This document shows positions 9,943 to 18,374 of a stretch of 64,000 nt of DNA, one piece after another. Below the pieces are notes generated by a model, which ran no database searches, was not told the origin of the DNA, and worked only from the letters and a program-made list of their open reading frames with translations. A program made the position numbers and the translations under genes. How positions within the stretch are numbered: the first letter of the stretch is position 1; every line of letters begins with the position of its first letter. The DNA is taken from the NCBI GenBank assembly GCA_038255915.1, contig JBBSKY010000004.1, forward strand, positions 432 through 64,431. Direction: 5' to 3'. Origin of the DNA: Acidimicrobiales bacterium. Lineage in GTDB: Bacteria > Actinomycetota > Acidimicrobiia > Acidimicrobiales > JAUJNH01.

Positions 9943-10005
9943 CCCGACCTTGCCCGGCGGCCCCGTCCCGGGTGCCCGACCTTGCCCGGCGGCCCGTCCC
10001 GGGTG
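9943..10005. repeat. Tandem duplication of a 31-32 bp unit between divergent SigK-type promoters
   Basis: CCCGACCTTGCCCGGCGGCCC(C)GTCCCGGGTG twice (9943-9974, 9975-10005). Confidence 0.9.
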
Positions 10006-10012
10006 CCCGGCG

Positions 10013-10039
10013 TCATCCGGCCCCCCTTTCGGCACCGAA
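10013..10039 (+). promoter_or_regulatory. SigK-type autoregulatory promoter
   Basis: TCATCC-N16-CCGAA, 11 nt before ATG 10051. Confidence 0.7.
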
Positions 10040-10050
10040 TGAACGAGCAC

Positions 10051-10626
10051 ATGCCGAACACGATCCTGCGAGACATGGGGGACGCCGCCCTGGTGGTGGC
10101 GATCGGCCGCTGGCGCCAGGACGCGCTGGCCGAGGCGTTCCGCCGCCACGCCGGCGCCGTGCACGCCCTCGCCCGCCGGGTGCTCTACGAGGACGCCGCC
10201 GCCGAGGAGGTCGTGCAGGAGATCTTCCTGCGGCTGTGGAACTCGCCCGACCGCTTCGACCCCGACCGGGGAAGCCTCCGCTCGTTCCTGCTGGCCCAGT
10301 CCCACGGGCGGGCGGTCGACATCCTCCGCTCGGACATCTCCCGCAAGCGGCGGGAGGAAAAGGACGCCCGGGGCACGGCCGAGGCCGGATACGACATCGA
10401 GCACGAGGTCTGGGACCTGGCCGTCGCCGACCACGTGAAGGAGGCCGTGTCCGACCTGCCGGTCGACGAGCGACGGGCCATCGAGCTCGCCTACTTCGGC
10501 GGCCACTCCTATCGCGAGGTCGCCGAGCTGCTCGGCGCCCCCGAGGGCACGGTCAAGTCACGCATCCGCTCGGGCCTGCGCCGGATGCGGGGCTCGCTGG
10601 CCGCCGCCGGGATCGGTGCACCGTGA
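10051..10626 (+). CDS. sigK: ECF RNA polymerase sigma factor, SigK-like
   Basis: AEEVVQEIFLRLW...FDPDRGS, LAYFGGHSYREVAELLGAPEGTVKSRIR. Confidence 0.85.
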   Translation: MPNTILRDMGDAALVVAIGRWRQDALAEAFRRHAGAVHALARRVLYEDAAAEEVVQEIFLRLWNSPDRFDPDRGSLRSFLLAQSHGRAVDILRSDISRKRREEKDARGTAEAGYDIEHEVWDLAVADHVKEAVSDLPVDERRAIELAYFGGHSYREVAELLGAPEGTVKSRIRSGLRRMRGSLAAAGIGAP

Positions 10627-11405
10627 GCACCCACCAGGAGATCCAGGAGCTGCTGGGCGCCTTCGCCCTCGACGCCGTCGACCCCGCAGAGGCGATCCTC
10701 GTCGAGGCCCACCTCGCCACCTGCCCCCGCTGCGGCAACGAGGTCCGTGAGCACCGGGAGGTGGCCTCTCTGCTGGCCTACGCCGGCACCAGCGCACCCG
10801 AGGGCATGTGGGACCGGCTGGCCGCCACCCTCGAGGGTGCACCCCCTGCCCCCGCCGCCCCGCCGCTCCTCATGAGGGGCCGCCAGGCCGCCTACGAGCT
10901 GCCCGGCCGTCGGGGCGCCACGATCGTCAAGCTGGTGGCGGCGGCGGCGCTCGTCGCCGGCCTGGGCGCCGGCGGCCTGCAGGTCCAGCGCACCCTCCGC
11001 AGCCAGGATGACCAGATCGACAGCGTCGCCCGGGCGCTGACCCAGGACGCCTCTCGGGCCCGGCTCCTGGGCGAGGCCGCCGCTGCCGCGCTGGCCGACG
11101 GGGCCCGCCAGGTCCACCTGGTCACCCCGGACCGCCAGCCGATCGCCGACGCCGTGATCCTGGCCAGCGGCGATGGCTACCTGCTCGACAAGGGGGCCCC
11201 CGGCCTGCCCGAGGACCGCACCTACCAGCTGTGGGCGGTCACGGGAGGCCAGAAGCTGTCGCTCGGCATGCCTGGCCGGGACATCGACGTCCTCGCCTTC
11301 AAGGTCCCCAAGGACACCGACGCCCTGGCCCTGACCGTCGAACAGGCTCCGGGCGCGGTGACGCCCCAGAACCAGGCCGTCGGGTTCGGCCTGGTGCAGC
11401 GCTGA
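10623..11405 (+). CDS. rskA: Anti-sigma factor RskA-like (zinc finger, TM, RskA domain)
   Basis: HLATCPRC (HxxxCxxC), TM helix, RTYQLW, ALTVEQAPG; GTGA overlap with sigma stop. Confidence 0.85.
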   Translation: MSTHQEIQELLGAFALDAVDPAEAILVEAHLATCPRCGNEVREHREVASLLAYAGTSAPEGMWDRLAATLEGAPPAPAAPPLLMRGRQAAYELPGRRGATIVKLVAAAALVAGLGAGGLQVQRTLRSQDDQIDSVARALTQDASRARLLGEAAAAALADGARQVHLVTPDRQPIADAVILASGDGYLLDKGAPGLPEDRTYQLWAVTGGQKLSLGMPGRDIDVLAFKVPKDTDALALTVEQAPGAVTPQNQAVGFGLVQR

Positions 11406-11420
11406 GAGGGCGAGACCCGG

Positions 11421-12278
11421 TCAGGCCCGCATGGCGTCGCGGAGCGCCCGGTAGCCGGTCACCACGACCTTGGCCCGGGCCAGGAGGCCGGCGACCGCTG
11501 CGTCGGTGGTGACCAGGTCGTGGTCGTCGACCCGCTCGGCCCACCCCGGCTCCATGGCCCGCAGCTCGGGCGTGTCGAGCGCCGGCCGCACCACCAGCTC
11601 GGTGATGCCGGGCGGCGGCTCCATCAGGAACCGCTCGAGCAGCACCCGGGCGGGCCGGCCCGGGCGGGAGCGCAGCACCCGGTCGGGCGCCACGACCCGC
11701 TCGTCGGCGCACAGCTGGCGCAGGGGGAACCCGACCAGGGCGAGGGAGTGATCGGGGGGCAGCCGCAGGGGGAGGCGCTCGTCGACTGCCAGCTCGAGGA
11801 CGACGTCGAAGAACTCCGGGCGCAGGAGCAGAGCGTCGAGGTGGACCGACAGGTGGGTGACGTCGAAGCCCCACAGCACGGCCCGCTCGAGCTGGGCCCG
11901 CACCTCGCGGCGGACCTCGTCGACATCGGCATGGTCCCACAGGTCCTCGACCGTGCGGGGGAAGCCGCCGTCCCCGTCGAGCAGGGAAGGGGCGTGGGTG
12001 ATGGGTCCCCACCGCACGGCATCGAGCTCGGCGTTGACCACCAGGTGCACACCTACGTCCTCGCCCCGGTAGCCACCGGCGGCCGCCCGAGCCCAGGGGC
12101 AGGGGACCGACAGCCCGGCGCTTGAGGCCAGGCCTCGGCGGAGCGCATCGAAGCAGCCGGCGGTGGCGGCCTGACTGGTGCCGAGGTCGTCGGCGGTGAC
12201 CACCAGCACCGGCCCGCCGGGGCGGTGGCCCAGCCGCTCGGCGAGCGGGCTGGCCGGCGACGGCGACGGGTCGGTCAC
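11421..12278 (-). CDS. YdjC/ChbG-family carbohydrate deacetylase
   Basis: VTADDLG, VPCPWA, DVGVHL, THLSVH. Confidence 0.85.
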   Translation of the reverse strand: MTDPSPSPASPLAERLGHRPGGPVLVVTADDLGTSQAATAGCFDALRRGLASSAGLSVPCPWARAAAGGYRGEDVGVHLVVNAELDAVRWGPITHAPSLLDGDGGFPRTVEDLWDHADVDEVRREVRAQLERAVLWGFDVTHLSVHLDALLLRPEFFDVVLELAVDERLPLRLPPDHSLALVGFPLRQLCADERVVAPDRVLRSRPGRPARVLLERFLMEPPPGITELVVRPALDTPELRAMEPGWAERVDDHDLVTTDAAVAGLLARAKVVVTGYRALRDAMRA

Positions 12279-12799
12279 GGCGGCAGGCTAGCGGCGGCCG
12301 GGCAGGAGCCCCACAGGCCCCGGCCGGCTCGCCGGGCGTCTCCGGCGGCCCGGCGCAGCTCGTCGACGTGGGCCACGTTGGGCGGGTAGGTGAGCAGCTG
12401 GGCGTAGCCGCCGCGCACCAGGTCGAGGTTGACGAAGAGGTCGTCGGGCTGGCGGTAGACATAGGCCAGCAGGCGGCCGTAGCGGTCGCGCTCCTCGACG
12501 TCGCGCACCAGGCGCACGGTGACCCCGGGGGGCAGCAGGCTGTGCAGGCGGGCCGACGCCTCCCTGGCGAAGCACTCGACCGGGGTGGCGGCCTTGACCG
12601 ACTCGGGGGTGTCGATCCCGAGGAGGCGCACGCGCTCGGTGCGGCCAGCAAGGCGCACCGAGACGGTGTCGCCGTCGACGACCCGCTCCACGGTGGCCAG
12701 GCCCGGGCCGGCGACAGCAGGGCCCGCAGCCGGCCCGCACGCTGCGCCGGCCAGGGCCGCAACCATAAGAAGCGCAGAGAAGTGTGCAGAGCACATCAC
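12275..12799 (-). CDS. Thermonuclease (SNase) family, probably lipoprotein
   Basis: VVDGDT, VRLLGIDTPE, DRYGRLLAYV, GRGLW; start uncertain. Confidence 0.9.
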   Translation of the reverse strand: MMCSAHFSALLMVAALAGAACGPAAGPAVAGPGLATVERVVDGDTVSVRLAGRTERVRLLGIDTPESVKAATPVECFAREASARLHSLLPPGVTVRLVRDVEERDRYGRLLAYVYRQPDDLFVNLDLVRGGYAQLLTYPPNVAHVDELRRAAGDARRAGRGLWGSCPAAASLPP

Positions 12800-12835
12800 G
12801 CGATCCAGAATGCCACGACCGTGCCGGGGTGCGGG

Positions 12836-13048
12836 TCAGGCGGCCTGGCTGTGACCCGGGCGGGCGGCGGCCCGACGGGCGGCAGCCTCGGCCAGGGCGT
12901 GGCGGGCGGCGGCGACGCCCTGGCGACCCCGGGTGCGGGTGGCGTCGTCCAGCCGCCAGGGGGCGCGGCGGCCGCCGCCGGCCAGCGCCTCATCGGGCAG
13001 GAGGGCCAGCTGCTCGGTGCGCTCGCTGTCGGTGCGCTCGGTTCCCAT
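12836..13048 (-). CDS. Small hypothetical protein (70 aa) with QLALL motif
   Basis: MGTERTDSERTEQLALL...WRLDDATRTRGRQGVAAARHALAEA; leaderless-type promoter directly upstream. Confidence 0.6.
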   Translation of the reverse strand: MGTERTDSERTEQLALLPDEALAGGGRRAPWRLDDATRTRGRQGVAAARHALAEAAARRAAARPGHSQAA

Positions 13049-13054
13049 GTGCAT

Positions 13055-13076
13055 CAGTCTCCTGTCCACTGTGACA
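13055..13076 (-). promoter_or_regulatory. TGTCACAG-N4-CAGGAGACTG motif, copy 1 (PafBC/RecA-NDp-like promoter)
   Basis: 18/22 identical to 32921-32942; GAGACT ends 7 nt before ATG. Confidence 0.6.
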
Positions 13077-13208
13077 ACGAAGATGAGGGCTGGTTTCTTT
13101 CCGTTGTCAGGGACATCGGCGTCGGACTGGGCGAACATGACGCCCTGTACGGGTTGCGGTCCCACGCCGGCGCACTGAGCACCACCGCCAGGTCACGTCC
13201 GTGCGCCG

Positions 13209-13556
13209 CTAAAGCAGGATCTCGACGGCCTCGGGTGGGCGGCCCAGGCGGGCCCGACCGTCGTCGGCCACCAGGATGGGCCGCTCGATGAGGATGGGGT
13301 GCTCGATGAGGGCCGTGATCCAGCGTCCCCGGTCCTCATGCGGCCACGCCTTCATGCCGAGCTCGGCAGCCACGGGCTCACCGAGGCGGGCCAGGTGCCA
13401 GGGCTCGAGGTCGAGGGCGGTCAGGATCCGGTCGAGCTCGGCGGCCGTCGGCGGCTCGTCGAGGTAGCTGCGCTCGGTGTAGGCGACGCCCCGCTCGTCG
13501 AGGATCGCCTTCGCCGCCCGGCTTTTCGAGCACGTCGGGTTGTGCCACAGCTCCAC
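13209..13556 (-). CDS. arsC: ArsC/Spx-family (glutaredoxin-type arsenate reductase-like) protein
   Basis: WHNPTCSKSR, HPILIERPI, LGRPPEAV; GTG start 7 nt after TAGCGT. Confidence 0.88.
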   Translation of the reverse strand: MELWHNPTCSKSRAAKAILDERGVAYTERSYLDEPPTAAELDRILTALDLEPWHLARLGEPVAAELGMKAWPHEDRGRWITALIEHPILIERPILVADDGRARLGRPPEAVEILL

Positions 13557-13558
13557 GG
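13355..13558. repeat. 204-bp direct repeat, copy 1 (arsC 5' part)
   Basis: Matches 15759-15962 with about 12 mismatches by manual alignment. Confidence 0.92.
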
Positions 13559-13620
13559 CCCCGACGCTAGGTCCGGCGTGCGGTGAGGGGTTGGGCCACC
13601 GGTCCTGCCCTCGCCGGCGG

Positions 13621-13710
13621 GTCCAGTCGAAGATGGCGCCCATCAGCCCGAGGGGCGGGGCGCCCAGGCCCAGGAGCGCCCAGTCCCAGGAGCGCGTCGT
13701 GGAAGCGCCG
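13621..13710 (-). pseudogene. Possible 3'-end remnant of a DUF885-family gene, disrupted by a 16-bp tandem duplication
   Basis: Reads RRFHDALLGLGAPPLGLMGAIF once one of the units 13664-13679/13680-13695 is removed. Confidence 0.45.
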
Positions 13711-13786
13711 GTGGGCGAATTGCCCCTTGTGGGGGGGATCGATTCGTGAGACCATTTTGTGTAGGCATCGAAGCCTTGGAGGATCC

Positions 13787-15709
13787 ATGCGCAAGAAGCT
13801 CGTCCCTGTCGTCGCCGCAGCGCTCGTGGCCCTGCTCGTGGGGGGCCAGGCCTCGGCCAACCCCCAGCAGCACGGCTCGGACGAGGGTCACCTGATCGGT
13901 ACGGGTGACTACGGCAAGATCGAGCTGGTCGGCCAGCTTGAGGTGACCCAGACCGAGGGTCTGGTGGCCGACGTCGCCGCCTACGGGAGCTACGCCTACC
14001 TGGCGAACTGGGGCGAGCCCGACTGCGCCGGCCCGGAGGCGGGCGGGGTCAACACGCCCGACTCCGGCGCCTGGGTGATCGACATCTCCGATCCGGCCAA
14101 CCCGAAGCAGGTCAACTTCATCGCCATGCCCCAGGACACCCGTCCCGGCGAGGGGATGCAGGTCGTCCACATAGAGACCAAGAAGTTCGCCGGCGAGATC
14201 CTGGTCATGAACGCCGAGGCCTGCGGCAAGAACTACGAGGGCGGCTTCATGCTCTACGACGTTACCAACCCCCTGAAGCCGGTGAAGCTGAAGGAGGGCT
14301 TCGGCGAGCGCACCGGGTCGGACGCCCACCAGACCCACAGCGCCTTCGTCTGGCAGCCCGTGGCCGGTGGGCCCGCCTACCTGGTCACCCAGGACGAGGA
14401 GGACCTGGCCGACGTCGACATCTACGACATCACCAACCCCCGCCGCCCCCGGCTGCTGACCGAGCTCGACCTCGACGACTTCGCCGTGGCCCAGCCCGCG
14501 CTGAACCTGGCCGACTCGAACCTGCACGACATGACGGTCAAGTGCATGACCTCCGGCACCTACGCCGGCAAGTGCATCATGATCGCCTCGTACTGGGACG
14601 GCGGCTACGTCCTGCTCGACGTCACCAACCCGGCCAGCCCGGTGTTCCTCTACGACACCGACTTCGCTGCCATCGACCCCGAGCTGTTCGAGCAGACCGG
14701 CATCGCCCTCACCCCCGAGGGCAACGCCCACCAGGCCGAGTTCACCGCCGACAACCGGTTCTTCATCGGCGCCGACGAGGACTTCTCGCCCTACCGGCCC
14801 CGCATCGTCACCGACGACGGCGGCAGCTACGACGCCGGCGAGTTCGGCTGGACCGTCCCCATCAGCGAGCTCTACGGCACGCTCAACGGCCCGACCGTTT
14901 ACGGCGGCTACGGCTGCCCGGCCGACCGGGGTTCGATCCCTAACGCGTCGACGCTGACGCTGGCTCCCGGCGAGGAGTCGATCCTGGTCCTGCAGCGCGG
15001 CCCGCTCAACGACCCGAGCCAGACCCAGGGCGCCTGCTTCTTCTCCGAGAAGGTGGAGACGGCCCAGCTCCTCGGCTACGACGCCGTGATCATCGCCAAT
15101 CACCACACCGGTGCGCTGGGCGGCGCCGGGCCCGACACCTACTTCTGCGGCGGCCAGGGCCACGAGTTCGACATCCAGATCTCGGCCCTGTGCGTGGGCC
15201 ACACAGCTATGCACGAGCTGTTCGACGACCCGAACGCCGCCGACAACTTCACCTATCCGGAGGCCGTGCCGGCCATCGGCACCGTCGGCGACAGGATCAG
15301 CGTCACCACCCAGTTCGACGGCTGGGGCTACCTCCACCTCTACGACGCAGCCACCGGCGCCGAGCTGGACACCTTCGCCATCCCCGAGGCCATGGACCCG
15401 GCATACGCCTCCGGCTTCGGCGACCTCACCGTGCACGAGGTGGCCACCGACCCCACCGATCCCAGCCTGATGTACCTCTCCTACTACTCGGGCGGCCTGC
15501 GGGCGCTGCAGATCCAGTGCTCCGACCCGGCCGACACCAGCACGTGTGAGCTGGTCGAGGTGGGCGGCTACCTCGACCCGGAGGGGAACAACTTCTGGGG
15601 CGTCGAGGTCATCGCCAACCCGGCTGACGATCCGGCCGTGCAGGGTGACGAGGTGCTGATCCTGGCCAGCGACCGCGACTACGGGCTGTTCATCTTCCGG
15701 GACCCCTGA
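13787..15709 (+). CDS. Secreted LVIVD-repeat beta-propeller protein with inserted PA domain
   Basis: Signal peptide; VIDISDPANP, LYDVTNP, IYDITNP, LLDVTNP repeats; QRG...CFFSEKVETAQ..G...VIIAN PA motif; GGAGG RBS. Confidence 0.85.
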   Translation: MRKKLVPVVAAALVALLVGGQASANPQQHGSDEGHLIGTGDYGKIELVGQLEVTQTEGLVADVAAYGSYAYLANWGEPDCAGPEAGGVNTPDSGAWVIDISDPANPKQVNFIAMPQDTRPGEGMQVVHIETKKFAGEILVMNAEACGKNYEGGFMLYDVTNPLKPVKLKEGFGERTGSDAHQTHSAFVWQPVAGGPAYLVTQDEEDLADVDIYDITNPRRPRLLTELDLDDFAVAQPALNLADSNLHDMTVKCMTSGTYAGKCIMIASYWDGGYVLLDVTNPASPVFLYDTDFAAIDPELFEQTGIALTPEGNAHQAEFTADNRFFIGADEDFSPYRPRIVTDDGGSYDAGEFGWTVPISELYGTLNGPTVYGGYGCPADRGSIPNASTLTLAPGEESILVLQRGPLNDPSQTQGACFFSEKVETAQLLGYDAVIIANHHTGALGGAGPDTYFCGGQGHEFDIQISALCVGHTAMHELFDDPNAADNFTYPEAVPAIGTVGDRISVTTQFDGWGYLHLYDAATGAELDTFAIPEAMDPAYASGFGDLTVHEVATDPTDPSLMYLSYYSGGLRALQIQCSDPADTSTCELVEVGGYLDPEGNNFWGVEVIANPADDPAVQGDEVLILASDRDYGLFIFRDP

Positions 15710-15960
15710 TCGGCACCGGCGAGCGCCGGCCCAGGCTGTCTTGGCTTCGTCCCCTCCCTGCCGAGCTCGGCGGCCATGGGCTCGCCGAGCCGGGCCAGCT
15801 GCCAAGGCTCGAGGTCGAGGGCGGTCAGTACCCGGTCGAGCTCGGCGGCCGTCGGCGGCTCGTCGAGGTAGCTGCGCTCGGTGTAGGCGACGCCCCGCTC
15901 GTCGAGGATCGCCTTCGCCGCCCGGCTCTTCGAGCAGCGCGGGTTGTGCCACAGCTCCAC
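15679..15960 (-). pseudogene. arsC: 3'-truncated second arsC copy
   Basis: VELWHNPRCSKSR...AELG, then unrelated tail running into the LVIVD gene; lacks ERP/GRP motifs. Confidence 0.8.
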
Positions 15961-15962
15961 GG
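15759..15962. repeat. 204-bp direct repeat, copy 2
   Basis: Offset 2404 bp from copy 1. Confidence 0.92.
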
Positions 15963-15971
15963 GGCCCAAAC

Positions 15972-16907
15972 CTAGAGCTCGGCGGGCGTGATGGCCACGT
16001 CCACGAGGATCGAGCGGTGGTCGCTGCCGGCGGAGGGACCGGTGGAGTGGAAGGTGGCCACCAGGCCGGGGCCGCAGAGCACGTGGTCGATGCGCAGCGT
16101 CGGTGGCAGCCGACCCCCGGCCCGCCACGTGGGCGACCATGGCTGGCCGAGCGCGGCGGCGGCGTCGTCGAGCCCTACTCCGAGCAGCCGGCGGAACGGG
16201 GCGTGGCCCCAGGTGGCGTTGAAGTCGCCGGCCAGCAGGACCGGCGGGCCCGGACGGGTTGCCTCCTCGCCGAGCAGGCGCAGCTGGCGTGTCCACGTGG
16301 CCGGCCCCTCCGACGCGATGGGCGACAGGGTGTGCACGTTCACGAGGCGCACCGGGCCCGCCGGGGTGCGCACCACCGCCCTGGTCATCGGCAGCCCCTC
16401 GGCGTCGATCTCCTCGGGTCCCTCGAGGGGCAGCCGGCTCCAGATGCCCGACCCGAAGGCCGACGGAACCGGTGAGACGAAGCTGTGTGGGTAGGCCGAC
16501 AGGGCGGGGGAGCGCCGCAGCAGGGGGAGATTGGCGACCGAGACCTCCTGGAGCACCACGACGTCGGCGTCGGCGTCGACGACCACCCGCTCGATGGCCG
16601 CGGCGTCGGTGTTGCCGAAGTACAGGTTCCAGCTGAGGACCCGGATCGTCGGGGCATGGCGGGCGGCGACGGGCAGGCTGGTGCGGGCGGCCAGCTCGGG
16701 CAGGCCGGTCGGGACGGCGGCGGCGGCCACGGCCAGGGCCACCAGGCCCAGTCGGCGGTGGCTGCGGATCAGGGCCAGGGCCGCCACCGGGAGGGCGGTC
16801 AGGAAGGGGAGGGCGCCGAGGCCGAACAGCCCGAGCAGGGCCGGGGACCGCACATCGGGGGCCACGGCCCGGGTCAGGGCCAGCAGGCCCAGCCCGGCGA
16901 CGACCAC
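15972..16907 (-). CDS. Membrane-anchored endonuclease/exonuclease/phosphatase (EEP) family protein
   Basis: SWNL, LQEV, AGDFNAT, RIDHVL, GSDH; start uncertain. Confidence 0.88.
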   Translation of the reverse strand: MVVAGLGLLALTRAVAPDVRSPALLGLFGLGALPFLTALPVAALALIRSHRRLGLVALAVAAAAVPTGLPELAARTSLPVAARHAPTIRVLSWNLYFGNTDAAAIERVVVDADADVVVLQEVSVANLPLLRRSPALSAYPHSFVSPVPSAFGSGIWSRLPLEGPEEIDAEGLPMTRAVVRTPAGPVRLVNVHTLSPIASEGPATWTRQLRLLGEEATRPGPPVLLAGDFNATWGHAPFRRLLGVGLDDAAAALGQPWSPTWRAGGRLPPTLRIDHVLCGPGLVATFHSTGPSAGSDHRSILVDVAITPAEL

Positions 16908-17052
16908 CCAGCCGATGAGCCGGAACAGCCGAGCCAGGTGCCTCAGCCCCGCCGTCGTTGGTTGGACGATCTTCCTCTGGGCTGGGCCACCTCCACCAGC
17001 CTACGAGGCCGTCAGCGGGCCCTCCCTCCCTACACTGCAGCGCCGAGATGCG

Positions 17053-17904
17053 GTGGAGGCCCTGCTGAGCGAGGACGACGCCTACGACGTGCTCGGGCTC
17101 GCTCCGCGGGCGGAGCCCGAGCGGGTGGATGCCGTCCACCGCCGGCTGGCCTCACGGGCCCACCCGGACCGGTGGCTCGACGCCCCGGCCGACGAGCAGG
17201 AGGCGGTGCGCCAGCGGTTCGAGGAGGTGAACGAGGCCTACCGGGTGCTGAAGGCCGCCCGCAAGGCCGGCCTCGGACCGGACCCGGGTGGGTCGACCGG
17301 AGGGCCCCGCCGTCGGTCGGCGCCCGAGCCCGAGCCTGTCCCGACCCCGGTCGTCCAGGCGCCCCGGACCGCCTCCACCGGCGGAGCGGCCACCGTCGAG
17401 GGCCCCTGGGGTGACATCGAGGAAGACCCCGTCCACAAGATCCCGCCCCGGCTGGTGGCCGCCGCCGCCGCGGTCGCCGTGGTGGTGGTGCTCCTGGCCG
17501 TGATCGGGCTGTCGTCCCCGTCGCCCGACGGCAGCCGCCAGCGGCAGGTTCTCGGCCCCCTCGCCCATCGGCTGCTGGAGGCCGAGCGCGCCGGCGACCA
17601 CGGCACGATGTGGGACCTGGCCGAGGACTCCTTCAAGGCATCGGTCGAGCGCGACGGCTTCGTGGCCCGGCTCGACGCCTGCCCCCGCCGCCGCCCGTCC
17701 CGCCAGGTGGTCGACATGCAGGCCACCTCCCGTGGGGTGTGGGAGGTGCAGTGGGTCGATCCGAGCGGCGCGCCCGGCCTGGCCTACTTCCGCCAGGAGG
17801 AGCCCTACCGCTTCGGCGCCATCCTCAACGACGGCGACCTGGTCGCCCTGCTCGCCGCCCCCCTCGAGCAGGCCCTCACCACGGGCTGGTGCCAGCGCCG
17901 GTGA
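17053..17904 (+). CDS. DnaJ (J-domain) protein with TM helix and extracytoplasmic domain
   Basis: AYDVLGL, HPD, RFEEVNEAYRVL; hydrophobic stretch; TACACT upstream. Confidence 0.8.
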   Translation: MEALLSEDDAYDVLGLAPRAEPERVDAVHRRLASRAHPDRWLDAPADEQEAVRQRFEEVNEAYRVLKAARKAGLGPDPGGSTGGPRRRSAPEPEPVPTPVVQAPRTASTGGAATVEGPWGDIEEDPVHKIPPRLVAAAAAVAVVVVLLAVIGLSSPSPDGSRQRQVLGPLAHRLLEAERAGDHGTMWDLAEDSFKASVERDGFVARLDACPRRRPSRQVVDMQATSRGVWEVQWVDPSGAPGLAYFRQEEPYRFGAILNDGDLVALLAAPLEQALTTGWCQRR

Positions 17905-18374
17905 AGGTGAAGGTGATCGTTCGCGTGGCCCTTGCCGCCGACCGGCCCGCGCTGCACGCCCTGCGCCGGCGGGTCTTCGTCGACGAGCAGGGCGTGCCGG
18001 CCGACCTCGAGCTCGATGTCTTCGACGACGAGGCCGTCCACGCCGTGGCCCACGACGCCGCCGGCGCCGTGGTGGGCACCGGCCGTCTGCTCGTCGGCCC
18101 CGACGGCCGGGCCCGCATCGGCCGGATGGCAGTGGACGGGCCGGCCCGGAGGAGCGGGGTGGGCGGCGCCCTTCTGGCGGTGCTCGAGGGCGCGGCAGCT
18201 GACGCCGGCTGCCGGCGCTGTGAGGTGCACGCCCAGCTCCACGCCGTCGGGTTCTACCGGCGGGCGGGCTACACCCCGCAGGGGCCGCCGTTCCTCGAGG
18301 CCGGCATCGCCCACCTGGCCATGGGAAAGGACCTCCCCGCCAAGGGCGTCGCAGGTGCGGGCGGTAGCCTGTGA
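17901..18374 (+). CDS. GNAT N-acetyltransferase (ElaA/YjcF-like)
   Basis: LRRRVFVDEQGVP, IGRMAV, HAQ..AVGFY, FLEAGIAH. Confidence 0.9.
   Translation: MKVKVIVRVALAADRPALHALRRRVFVDEQGVPADLELDVFDDEAVHAVAHDAAGAVVGTGRLLVGPDGRARIGRMAVDGPARRSGVGGALLAVLEGAAADAGCRRCEVHAQLHAVGFYRRAGYTPQGPPFLEAGIAHLAMGKDLPAKGVAGAGGSL

Noticed and set aside
13137..13178. Tiny ORF MTPCTGCGPTPAH downstream of a plus-strand TGTCAG
   Set aside because: Too short to support; possibly a remnant
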